Shown here piece by piece: positions 38,254-47,078 of a stretch of 64,000 bases of DNA (position 1 is its first letter; every line of letters starts with the position of its first letter). The stretch covers positions 190,717 to 254,716 of the forward strand of contig JAHLMT010000001.1 in NCBI GenBank assembly GCA_018920185.1, in the 5' to 3' direction. The position numbers were made by a program, and so were the translations under genes. Under the pieces are notes generated by a model that made no database searches, was not told the origin of the DNA, and saw nothing but the letters and a program-made list of their open reading frames with translations. Origin of the DNA: Candidatus Aenigmatarchaeota archaeon. Lineage in GTDB: Archaea > Aenigmatarchaeota > Aenigmatarchaeia > CG10238-14 > SCSR01.

Positions 38254-38562
38254 ATGTTCCTTCCTATAGTACGATTTAAGGTAGAAGACAAAAGTATGGA
38301 ACCTAATTTTAAAGCTGGAGATTATATTTTAGTCAACAAATTAGCTTATATTTTCAAAAATCCCTCAAAAGGGGATGTTGTTGTTCTCAGACATCCGAAA
38401 GAAAAAGGCAAATTTCTCATCAAACGTATATCACTTGTGACTAATTCAGATGAGTATTATGTTGTCGGCGATAACAAAAATTTCAGCCAAGATAGCAGAC
38501 ATTTTGGACCAGTTAAAAAAGATTTAATAATTGGAAAAGTATTACTTCATCTTCGAAAATAA
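38254..38562 (+). CDS. sodX: Ni-SOD maturation peptidase (S26 signal-peptidase-I-like, SodX)
   Basis: SMEP catalytic Ser box and GDNKNFSQDSRHFG (SPase box E); 102 aa; immediately downstream of sodN. Confidence 0.7.
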   Translation: MFLPIVRFKVEDKSMEPNFKAGDYILVNKLAYIFKNPSKGDVVVLRHPKEKGKFLIKRISLVTNSDEYYVVGDNKNFSQDSRHFGPVKKDLIIGKVLLHLRK

Positions 38563-39318
38563 CTATTTCTCATACATGTACAATTTCTTTAGTGCGTCGA
38601 ATACAGCAAAAATTAGATTAATTCTGTTGGATGTGTTACCAAAAGTTTTTATCCATATATCTTTAATTCCTGCCAACCTTAGAAGTTTTTTAGTTTCATT
38701 ATCAGCTACTAGTCCAACACCCTTAGGTGCAGGTATTAATTCAACTCGGACAGAACCCGAATGTCCTTTAATTTTAAAGGGAATTGAATGTTCAGATCCA
38801 CATCCACACCCCCAGTCACCGCAGCCACGTTTAATTTTAATGATATTTAGCTTAGCTTTCCTCAAAGATTTTTCCATTGCAGTTCTTGGTTCAATACTTG
38901 CTCCTCTACCAACGCCAACTAGTCCATTCCCATTACCAACGACAAATAATGCAGATGTCCTGAATCTTCTACCAGATCTATGCATCTTTGCCGTTATCCT
39001 AATCGGAATTCTCTGTATCCCACCACCTTTTCCTGGTCTACCACCAATAAGAATTAACTCACTTTGTAAATTAGGAACAAGATGATCAACAATCTCAGGC
39101 TCGATTATTTTCTTATCAGAAAACAGAATCTCTTCAATGTTTGTAATCTTACCTTCGAGAACTTGTTTGCCTAAGCTTGTTTTCGGTATCCACGGTTTTT
39201 CCTTTTTTTCTACAGAAATTTCTGGAATAACTTCTGGTGCTTCTTCCGGTGTTATTGGTACTACAGGTAATGTTTCTATAGCTTCTGGTTCCTCGTTATT
39301 GTTATTTTCTTTTTCCAT
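38563..39318 (-). CDS. rps5: 30S ribosomal protein S5 (uS5) with acidic N-terminal extension
   Basis: dsRBD plus S5 C-terminal domain; conserved position. Confidence 0.9.
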   Translation of the reverse strand: MEKENNNNEEPEAIETLPVVPITPEEAPEVIPEISVEKKEKPWIPKTSLGKQVLEGKITNIEEILFSDKKIIEPEIVDHLVPNLQSELILIGGRPGKGGGIQRIPIRITAKMHRSGRRFRTSALFVVGNGNGLVGVGRGASIEPRTAMEKSLRKAKLNIIKIKRGCGDWGCGCGSEHSIPFKIKGHSGSVRVELIPAPKGVGLVADNETKKLLRLAGIKDIWIKTFGNTSNRINLIFAVFDALKKLYMYEK

Positions 39319-39825
39319 TTACTCGCCGATTATTTTTTCCTTAATTTTTTCAAATTCTAGTGGCAAGTTCTTAAACTTTTCAATATGTTGACCTCTTATT
39401 CTCTCATCGCTGGGAAACATTTCTTCATCCACAGGAACGTTCAACCCCGCGTCTTTCGCCCCTTTAACAACAGCGTATATCCTCGAACCCTTTACAGAAG
39501 GGTACAAACCAGAATTCAATACAGCTTCAGTAATGTTTTTTTCTAAAGATCTCTTTCCGATTAACAATCCTGTAAGATAAGCAGCAGGTAGATTATCGCA
39601 TGCAAAATTCCATCCAAGTTTTTTCAATTCTTTACTTGTGGCTGAAGCTAAGATTTTGTCACCTTTTTTATCAAATTCTGCTATTTGAGCTGTGATATAT
39701 TTTAAACTTCGTCGGACAACTAATCGAGGTTTCCCAGATTTTAATAATTTCAACCTCTGCTTGTAATCAGTTTTTCCCTCCCTTCTGCGTTTGAATGGCA
39801 TTTTATATTTAGGAGAAAATTTCAT
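39319..39825 (-). CDS. rpl18: 50S ribosomal protein L18 (uL18)
   Basis: 168 aa; conserved position between L19e and S5. Confidence 0.9.
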   Translation of the reverse strand: MKFSPKYKMPFKRRREGKTDYKQRLKLLKSGKPRLVVRRSLKYITAQIAEFDKKGDKILASATSKELKKLGWNFACDNLPAAYLTGLLIGKRSLEKNITEAVLNSGLYPSVKGSRIYAVVKGAKDAGLNVPVDEEMFPSDERIRGQHIEKFKNLPLEFEKIKEKIIGE

Positions 39826-39829
39826 AAGA

Positions 39830-40252
39830 TCACTTCTTCAACATATTGTTTTGTTCTATGTAAAGCTTCAAATGTGCTCTACTCCTGAACATACCACCCT
39901 TAACAAGTTTGTATAACTTTCTATAATTAGCATTGTCTAATTGACCTGTAGCTTTCAATTCTCTTAGCATTTTCCTTTGTGGTCTGACGATAGAAATCCA
40001 TCTTCTTTTTCTTGAAATAATAGAATATTTCTTACCTTTTCTGCTTCCAGGTCCGCGTCTTCTCTTTTTAACTTTTCCTCTAACTTTTATCTTTTCTGGT
40101 AGGGCTTTTATCTCACCCTTTTTTATCAGTTTACGTATATCCCATTTGGTGATAGCTTTCTCTATATCTTTCATCTTCTCGGGATTCAACCATACTTTAG
40201 ATATACCCGTTTTCAATACTTTCGCTGCAAGTTTTTTCTGTACACTTGCCAT
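39830..40252 (-). CDS. rpl19e: 50S ribosomal protein L19e
   Basis: MASVQKKLAAKVLKTG start; basic. Confidence 0.9.
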   Translation of the reverse strand: MASVQKKLAAKVLKTGISKVWLNPEKMKDIEKAITKWDIRKLIKKGEIKALPEKIKVRGKVKKRRRGPGSRKGKKYSIISRKRRWISIVRPQRKMLRELKATGQLDNANYRKLYKLVKGGMFRSRAHLKLYIEQNNMLKK

Positions 40253-40428
40253 AGATTCACTTTATATCAAAACTTTAAAATATAGTTATAAAAAGATTTA
40301 GTGAGTATCTTTATGGGGGAATTTCACAAAATATGAGTGACAAGCCTATAGATAGATGTCAGAATCTAAAAATGTAGAAAAATCCCTTTAGAAAAATTAG
40401 TAGTACCTAAAAAGAAATTTTAATTGCT

Positions 40429-41502
40429 TTAGGAAAATAAGTTAGACAATCTTCTTATTGCCTCCAATTTTTCTCGGTTATTTAGTTGAGCATTTCTGAT
40501 AGCATCTGAAAGAATTTGTATTGTCTTATCATACTGTCTTGTTTTTATCCTATACGGATATCCGTCTTTACCGCCATGAGCAAAAGAAAACTTAACAGGA
40601 TCCCTCCATGAAATTTCAGTTCCAAAAATTAATTCACTACATAATGCTAAAGCTCTAACAGTTTTAACCCCAACTCCTTTTATTGCTAATAGTTCTTCAA
40701 ATTTTTTTGGTTGTATTTCATGAACTTTTATTAAAGTTTCATAATTTTTCAATTCTATATGATGTTGAGATGACATATGCAGATATTTGAAAAGATTAGT
40801 TGATCGTGCATATGAGACAAAATATTTCTTCAAATGTTCAGGGTTATCATTAACCAAATCAACGGAAGCTTTTCTAACTTCTTCGTTCTCTTTAGCAACC
40901 ATGTTCAAAGTTTTACCAGTAACATCACAACAAATAGCTAAATGCGGCTCGTTGACAAAAGAAACAACTTTTTCAGATAACCAATGATATCTGCGCGCAT
41001 AATTATTTTCTAAATTCATTCCCTGCTGTATAACAGACCATTTACCATCTTCCGTAACTATGAATGCATGATGATATAAGGTATATCCATCTTGTACTGC
41101 TACACTATCTACCTTCGCTGACATTCTACTTGCATATTTTAGTTTTTCTATTTCTTTCGTTGATAATGAAAATTTTTCTGATAGCGATTCAATTTCTTGT
41201 GGAACTTTTCTCGATGCCTTACCCTTACCGCCTAAAACAGATATACCGAATTCTTCTAGTTTAGCTTCTTTTAATGCTCCAGTTAATGTTGTAGTCAGAC
41301 CACTTGAATGAAAATCGAAACCTACCAAACAACCAAAAGCTTGAAAGAAAAGGGGATCTGACAGTCTTCTTAAAAATTCATTTTTACCATATTCTTCAAT
41401 AATTATCTGCGAGACTAATTTTGATAATTTAACCATTCTAGGAAATAACCATGTTGGACATCTACCATCGTGCAAAGGTAAGTCTGCTACACCTGTTCTC
41501 AT
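40429..41502 (-). CDS. DUF763 family protein with C-terminal helix-hairpin-helix
   Basis: N-terminal GVADLPLHDGRCPTWL signature of DUF763; C-terminal LLAIKGVGVKTVRALAL HhH. Confidence 0.55.
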   Translation of the reverse strand: MRTGVADLPLHDGRCPTWLFPRMVKLSKLVSQIIIEEYGKNEFLRRLSDPLFFQAFGCLVGFDFHSSGLTTTLTGALKEAKLEEFGISVLGGKGKASRKVPQEIESLSEKFSLSTKEIEKLKYASRMSAKVDSVAVQDGYTLYHHAFIVTEDGKWSVIQQGMNLENNYARRYHWLSEKVVSFVNEPHLAICCDVTGKTLNMVAKENEEVRKASVDLVNDNPEHLKKYFVSYARSTNLFKYLHMSSQHHIELKNYETLIKVHEIQPKKFEELLAIKGVGVKTVRALALCSELIFGTEISWRDPVKFSFAHGGKDGYPYRIKTRQYDKTIQILSDAIRNAQLNNREKLEAIRRLSNLFS

Positions 41503-41768
41503 AATTTTAGAGTTCTTAGTTTGGATTTAAAGTTATCGGAGGTTTATTTCTTCGTTTTCTCAGCACAAGTATCTATAACCGCTTCTACTTCTTCAGACCT
41601 GGTATTAACTGAAATCTTAGCCTTTTGATAGTTTCCATATCGAATAATTGTTTATATGAATAAATTTTTTAAATTTCCAACCCTAGATATTAAATGCTAT
41701 TACATTAAAGCTTAAAAACAAAATTCGACTATTATTTTTATTAATCAATTTTTAGATCGGCCGATAAA

Positions 41769-41882
41769 ATGCCAGAAGAAACTATAGAACCAGAAGGTGT
41801 ATGTCCTTATTGCAACAAGAAAATCTATATCAACTTAACTGATCACAAACAACTCTGTTACTTTACAAGCAAAAAATATTAA
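41769..41882 (+). CDS. Small C2HC zinc-finger protein (37 aa), unannotated in the ORF track
   Basis: ATG...TAA ORF MPEETIEPEGVCPYCNKKIYINLTDHKQLCYFTSKKY in a 400-bp intergenic region, 25 bp upstream of the next gene. Confidence 0.3.
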   Translation: MPEETIEPEGVCPYCNKKIYINLTDHKQLCYFTSKKY

Positions 41883-41906
41883 TTAATTTATACTTTAATT
41901 GATTGT

Positions 41907-42743
41907 ATGGTAAATGAAAGAATTTACGACGAAAGATTTCTTGAAGAACTTTTTACTCGAATTAGAAAAGAAGGATTTGGTAGTGATCTGGATGATCCCT
42001 TCAGTGGGATATTGACTAAATGTGATATCAGATTTTTCTCCAGAAGAGTTAGGATAAACTCTAAAACACTTAAAGAATTACTAATTCGTACAAATAACGA
42101 CAAATCTTTTGTATGGGACGACAAAGAAATTCGTACGCTCATCACTGGAAATAAAATTGAAGCCGAAAATTTTATCGCCGTCAGACCTTACTTTACATCC
42201 AATTATAAAGAGTATGAATATTTTGATATAAATTCAGGGAAACGATTAATAACAACTAAAAAATTATTCTCGAATGAAGAAACATTAAAAAAACTGTATT
42301 TAGAATTAGGGGAAATAACAGGTTTTCTCCACTCCCACGTGTGGACTAATTTTTGTTTCCCTTCTAAAGGAGATTACGAGCAGTTATTTTACACATTCGC
42401 TGAATGTTCTATAAGGAAAGGTAGATTACCTTATTTTATCATCTTAAATTCTCAAGCATTCGAAGATCCTGAAAAGTATGTGGCAGAAACATGGAAAAAT
42501 AATAATCTAGGTTTTTACATATATTATGCGGGAAAGAGCTTTGAATCGATGGAAACAAATCCGTTGAGAAAAATTGTTCTTACTGCAAGAGCGAGATTAA
42601 TTTATAGACAATTTTCCAAAAGCATACTTTTTAACAAAGGGAAACAAAAAGAAGAGAACTATCTAGGTTTTGAAGAACCAAGAGAATTAAAATCTTGGGA
42701 AAGACGCTGTATTTTACTCCCACGTGTTGTAGAATTAGTATAA
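41907..42743 (+). CDS. Hypothetical protein with JAMM/MPN+-like metalloprotease motif
   Basis: EYEYFD ... HSHVWTNFCFPSKGD fits E-x(n)-H-x-H-x(7-8)-S-x2-D. Confidence 0.4.
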   Translation: MVNERIYDERFLEELFTRIRKEGFGSDLDDPFSGILTKCDIRFFSRRVRINSKTLKELLIRTNNDKSFVWDDKEIRTLITGNKIEAENFIAVRPYFTSNYKEYEYFDINSGKRLITTKKLFSNEETLKKLYLELGEITGFLHSHVWTNFCFPSKGDYEQLFYTFAECSIRKGRLPYFIILNSQAFEDPEKYVAETWKNNNLGFYIYYAGKSFESMETNPLRKIVLTARARLIYRQFSKSILFNKGKQKEENYLGFEEPRELKSWERRCILLPRVVELV

Positions 42744-42748
42744 ACTTC

Positions 42749-43096
42749 TCAAGGATTCAAAATTTTCAATTTCTTTTCTTCAGCTTTCTTCAAAATTTCA
42801 TTTCTCTTTTTGTTACCAACAGAAGAAGCGATTTTAACAGCTTCCTTTTCTGGATTAATTTTTTCCAGATCTTTCACATTATGAACCAGAACCTCTTTCA
42901 ACCCAGAAGGGTGCAAATATCTCATTTCTTTAGGTGCACCATATCCAACAGTTGGCATAGGTAGTCTACCTTTTAACTTCATACGTATCTTACTGTTGAT
43001 ACCTTGGGGTTTTCTCCAAGAAGATCTCACTCTTTTTAATGATGCTGATAGCCATCTCACGAATTTTGGATTATTTCTCGGATTCATAAAAATCAT
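42749..43096 (-). CDS. rpl32e: 50S ribosomal protein L32e
   Basis: 115 aa, basic; conserved position. Confidence 0.85.
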   Translation of the reverse strand: MIFMNPRNNPKFVRWLSASLKRVRSSWRKPQGINSKIRMKLKGRLPMPTVGYGAPKEMRYLHPSGLKEVLVHNVKDLEKINPEKEAVKIASSVGNKKRNEILKKAEEKKLKILNP

Positions 43097-43620
43097 TTTT
43101 TACCTTTTATCAAATATATACCATCTGAGAACCTCCGCCTATCATATCCTACTATCCTACAACTTTGCTCAATATTAGACGCCGTTGCTCCAACTTCTTC
43201 CAAGTCATTTCCTGTAATAGTTATCTCCTGTCCTTCAATCTTTACTTGAGTATTTCCAACTATATTTGCTATCCTCGATGTTCTTTCACCCAGAAAATTC
43301 TGAATCACAACCTTATTACCATCAACTTTAACATTCATGGGGAAATGGCTGTAAACTATCCTCATTTTATAGACATATCCTTCTGTTACCCCAACAATCA
43401 TGTTTCTAATATGTGCAACTATAGTTCCAACAAGAGCTTTTGTTTTCCTACTGGCTGATTCTGAATTAACTATTAATTTTTTATCTTGCTTCTGTATTTT
43501 AACATCATGAGTTAGTTTAAACTCTCTCTTCAATTCACCTCTACTACCAGAAACCTTTACCTTATTTCCTTCAACTTCAACAGACACATCGTCGGGTATA
43601 GCAATTTCTCTTGAGTACAT
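43093..43620 (-). CDS. rpl6: 50S ribosomal protein L6 (uL6)
   Basis: Two-domain uL6, 175 aa; conserved position. Confidence 0.9.
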   Translation of the reverse strand: MYSREIAIPDDVSVEVEGNKVKVSGSRGELKREFKLTHDVKIQKQDKKLIVNSESASRKTKALVGTIVAHIRNMIVGVTEGYVYKMRIVYSHFPMNVKVDGNKVVIQNFLGERTSRIANIVGNTQVKIEGQEITITGNDLEEVGATASNIEQSCRIVGYDRRRFSDGIYLIKGKK

Positions 43621-43629
43621 GCAACCACC

Positions 43630-44016
43630 TCAATAAACATACGAAAGTAACCTACCACCAAGATGAAGTTCTCTTGCTTTCTTATGACTCATCACACCTC
43701 TTGAGGTGGAGACTATCAGTATCCCAATATTACGTGCAGGGAGATACCTCTTTTCCCATTTCTCGTATTCATCAACAGCTACAGCAAATCTCGGTTTTAT
43801 AGCTTTTGTATCTATCACCTTTCCTTTTAATTCAACTTTAAACATCCCGCTTTTGCCATCATTTATTTTTTCGAAAGTACCAATATACCCATTCTCTTGC
43901 ATAACTTTTAAAACATTGCCTAACAGTTTGCTTGCTTTAACTACACATTTACCTTTTCCTATTCTCTCTGCATTTCTTATGACAGTCAACGCATCTGCTA
44001 AAGGGTCTTGTAGCAT
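43630..44016 (-). CDS. rps8: 30S ribosomal protein S8 (uS8)
   Basis: [17 protein letters not shown] start; C-terminal GGRLLSYVY. Confidence 0.9.
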   Translation of the reverse strand: MLQDPLADALTVIRNAERIGKGKCVVKASKLLGNVLKVMQENGYIGTFEKINDGKSGMFKVELKGKVIDTKAIKPRFAVAVDEYEKWEKRYLPARNIGILIVSTSRGVMSHKKARELHLGGRLLSYVY

Positions 44017-44075
44017 AAATTCTCTCTAATATGTAATGGAATAGAATTTAAAAAGTTTAAAGAAATTGAACTGAA

Positions 44076-44825
44076 TCATTCTTCACTTACACGAGGAGCC
44101 AAAACAAATGTCATGCTAACCTTATCTCCAGATTTAAATTCCAACTTCATCGGATAATCCTGCCCCAATCTAACAGTTGCACTATCAGCAATCTTCGAAG
44201 CTTTTATCATTTTCTTCAGATAATCTATCGGATATCTCGATCTAACTTCATTCTTCGTTTCCAAGTTCAACAAACCTTCACTACCGCGTTCTAATTCAAG
44301 CTCAGCTCTACTGACATCTCCTTCAGCTCGTATAATAAATCTATCTTTTAAAGCCTCAAACAAAACTGCATCGGAAATTATATCAGCATCTTCTATTCCC
44401 GATTCCAATATATGCGGTTTCACTTCAACTTTTGCCTGAAATTCCAACTGGTGTATTGGTGGTATTTCTTCCTGACTTATATCTAACAAAGGCACAACAA
44501 ACCTTCTTTTAGACAGACCTTCTAACTTAATCTCAAGTTTCGAATCTAACAAATTCAATGTCATCTTATCATTAGCACCAACTCGTTTCAGAACAGATAA
44601 CAAGTTTGTAATATTCAATCCAATTTTCTGTTCATTATCTAGCCTATATTCATCAAATGCAGTAGAAGACATCTTAAAATCGACAACAGAAACCATTGCC
44701 CTATCAGCAGCGATAAAAGATATACCATCTTTGTTCAGGTTAAATATCCCTTCATCTATCAACTCACCAATAGTAGAGATAGCATTCACGAACAGTCTAG
44801 GGTCGGATAACTTAGCTGTAAACAT
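44076..44825 (-). CDS. pcn: DNA polymerase sliding clamp PCNA
   Basis: 249 aa; PCNA N- and C-domain pattern (FKMSSTAFDEY..., LAPRVSEE C-terminus). Confidence 0.9.
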   Translation of the reverse strand: MFTAKLSDPRLFVNAISTIGELIDEGIFNLNKDGISFIAADRAMVSVVDFKMSSTAFDEYRLDNEQKIGLNITNLLSVLKRVGANDKMTLNLLDSKLEIKLEGLSKRRFVVPLLDISQEEIPPIHQLEFQAKVEVKPHILESGIEDADIISDAVLFEALKDRFIIRAEGDVSRAELELERGSEGLLNLETKNEVRSRYPIDYLKKMIKASKIADSATVRLGQDYPMKLEFKSGDKVSMTFVLAPRVSEE

Positions 44826-45116
44826 TCATATACCTGCTTTATTATATAGTTCCTTAACCTTTTTAAATAGATTTAAATCTAGCCCTTCTAAATCTTGTAT
44901 GACATCAGCCTTTAGTTTCTCCTCAATAACAGAACAAAATACACGAACTAACCTACCTTTTTCAACTTGTGAATCAGAAATTATTTCTATCTTACCTGTG
45001 TCATCAGATAAAATAAACGAATTATTGCTTGCAGCAATTACCTTTCCTACTATCGAGACTCTCAAATCTTTAGGATTAACTTCAGAAATTTGTTTTGGGA
45101 TATATCGTACTTGCAT
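44826..45116 (-). CDS. Small OB-fold protein (start moved to the internal Met to avoid overlapping TFS)
   Basis: Beta-rich 96 aa (VSIVGKVIAASNNSFILSDDTGKIEII...). Confidence 0.4.
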   Translation of the reverse strand: MQVRYIPKQISEVNPKDLRVSIVGKVIAASNNSFILSDDTGKIEIISDSQVEKGRLVRVFCSVIEEKLKADVIQDLEGLDLNLFKKVKELYNKAGI

Positions 45117-45147
45117 TAATTTTAGTTCTAAATAAAAACTTAAATAG

Positions 45148-45477
45148 TCAACCGTAAGAACGCCAAGAATAACCACATTTTGTACATCTATAAAACATTG
45201 TTGGTGGTTCGTCTGTTGAACGGGTCTGTTGCATCCACCAATAAGCTTCCATATTTTCACATTTGGGACAAATTATTTTTGTTTTCGGCAATTCAGCAAA
45301 TTGATCCTTTTCAGTCATCACAATAATTTTCTTTTTTCCTTCTGTAATAGCAGAACCTATTCTAAGTTTCTCACCCTTTGTTTTATAAACACGCTTGCAT
45401 TTGCGGCAAACAAGATAAATATTCTTTCTCTTCTTTTCAACTACAAGCAAGTTTCCGCATTTCTCACAAAATCTCAT
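45148..45477 (-). CDS. tfs: Transcription factor S / RNA polymerase subunit M
   Basis: N-terminal CEKCGNLL...CRKCKRV and C-terminal TFIIS-type CPKCEN...RCTKCGYSW ribbons. Confidence 0.85.
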   Translation of the reverse strand: MRFCEKCGNLLVVEKKRKNIYLVCRKCKRVYKTKGEKLRIGSAITEGKKKIIVMTEKDQFAELPKTKIICPKCENMEAYWWMQQTRSTDEPPTMFYRCTKCGYSWRSYG

Positions 45478-45999
45478 TTATACACCAAATATCCTATTGA
45501 CCACGACTTTAAAATAACCGATTTTAGGTATTATAAAGATTACCTTCCCCTTTATCTGTTCTGGTTTGATGCTGAATTCATAACTCAACTGACCAGAATT
45601 GTTATCCCCCTTTGTTTGGTATGTTCCATCATCATTAATTTTTATTATCCTATGAATTATAGGTGCTCTGATTCCTTCAACAGAATAAACGATAACATCT
45701 CCAACTTGATATTTATCTTGCTTTTTAACAATAGGCATGTCTCCTACAGAGAAACCATTTGGTATCGGCCAAGAGCTTATATATGTTCTGTTGTAGCCAT
45801 AATTTTTTTCCAACCATTGATAATAATCTTGTTCTACAGATGCATCATGCAGCATCGAGTTACTGACAACTGCAACTACAGGTGTGTTATTTCCAAGAAC
45901 GGTTGAAAGAATCACGTAATAGAATATCACAGCTGCCAAGAATCCTAACAAAACGTTTCCCCACCACGTATCAGTTAAAATCTTTAGTGATATTTTCAT
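45478..45999 (-). CDS. Signal peptidase I (archaeal Sec11-type, S26B)
   Basis: N-terminal TM; VVSNSMLH (SxSM box). Confidence 0.7.
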   Translation of the reverse strand: MKISLKILTDTWWGNVLLGFLAAVIFYYVILSTVLGNNTPVVAVVSNSMLHDASVEQDYYQWLEKNYGYNRTYISSWPIPNGFSVGDMPIVKKQDKYQVGDVIVYSVEGIRAPIIHRIIKINDDGTYQTKGDNNSGQLSYEFSIKPEQIKGKVIFIIPKIGYFKVVVNRIFGV

Positions 46000-46577
46000 G
46001 CTCTTCCACTACTTTCCCCTTTTACTATTGCAGTTGCAATCAAATGTGCTACCCTTAATGGTTCCGGTATATCTCCGTGAGTTGAACTTAATCTTATGAC
46101 CTCTTCAGCATCTTCATCTTCCAAACCAACTGCCTGGTAATAAACTTTCTTAGAGTCTCTCAATTCACAAATTTTTATTTTTCCAGCATTTAAAATCATT
46201 TTCCATCTTTTTCCAAAATCGGCGAAGTTATTTTTTAAAGCATATTTAACAGATTCCAGATTAGGATGCTTTCTATTAATTACAATAATTGGTAAATTTA
46301 CTTTCCTATACAATTGCTTCACATCAATGATATTAAATCCCCCAAGGGTAATACCATCGAACATCAAAACTTTTAATTGCGGTTTATGTCTAGAGTTATT
46401 GATTAGTTTAATCAATCTTTCTGTTGCGTCCAGTCCATCAACACTCACTTCTGTTTTCAAAACAACATCCAGAAAACTACCACCACGATATATTACACCA
46501 ATAACATCAACTTTTTTATCGGTTCTTTTGAAAGGTGCATCATCGAATCCTAGAATTCTTATTTCTGGTTTAAACAT
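45996..46577 (-). CDS. DUF99/UPF0215 family protein
   Basis: ILGFDDAPF ... VIGVIYRGG signature of archaeal UPF0215. Confidence 0.6.
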   Translation of the reverse strand: MFKPEIRILGFDDAPFKRTDKKVDVIGVIYRGGSFLDVVLKTEVSVDGLDATERLIKLINNSRHKPQLKVLMFDGITLGGFNIIDVKQLYRKVNLPIIVINRKHPNLESVKYALKNNFADFGKRWKMILNAGKIKICELRDSKKVYYQAVGLEDEDAEEVIRLSSTHGDIPEPLRVAHLIATAIVKGESSGRA

Positions 46578-46665
46578 AATCTAACTAACTAAATGATGGG
46601 AAAAGAATATTTAAAGCTAACACCAAAATTATAAGTTTATGGTAAAAAAACTTTTCCCAGAAGCT

Positions 46666-46812
46666 ATGGCACGATTATATTCACGAGTATTTGTTTGTAG
46701 AGTATGTTCAACAAAAATAAGAGCAGATCCTGCAAAAGTGAGGTTAGGAAAGGTTAAATGTAGAAATTGTAAATCACGGGCTTTACGTCCTAAGAGAAAA
46801 CCTTTGATGTGA
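46666..46812 (+). CDS. rpl40e: 50S ribosomal protein L40e (not in the ORF track)
   Basis: 48-aa ORF MARLYSRVFVCRVCSTKIRADPAKVRLGKVKCRNCKSRALRPKRKPLM: C4 zinc ribbon and basic tail of L40e. Confidence 0.75.
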   Translation: MARLYSRVFVCRVCSTKIRADPAKVRLGKVKCRNCKSRALRPKRKPLM

Positions 46813-46816
46813 TCAG

Positions 46817-47077
46817 ATGGATAGTAAACTGATTAGAAAATGGAAAGATTCTGGATTGAAACCAAGTAATTTTGAATTTCTCACAAATCGTCCCACCCTT
46901 GTTATAGGGAAATTACCAAATCGAGATGCAGAAGTCGAATATATCTGCCCCTATTGTAATTTTTATGAAATAAAAACAATTCAAATGGAAAAGGGGAAGA
47001 AAAAATTCAAACGCCCGAATTTCCATTGTTCAGAATGTAACAAAATTATAGAAGTACCTGAACTAAAATCAAAATAA
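46817..47077 (+). CDS. Zinc-ribbon protein (86 aa)
   Basis: CPYCN...CSECN Cys pairs; 5 bp downstream of L40e. Confidence 0.4.
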   Translation: MDSKLIRKWKDSGLKPSNFEFLTNRPTLVIGKLPNRDAEVEYICPYCNFYEIKTIQMEKGKKKFKRPNFHCSECNKIIEVPELKSK

Positions 47078-47078
47078 C

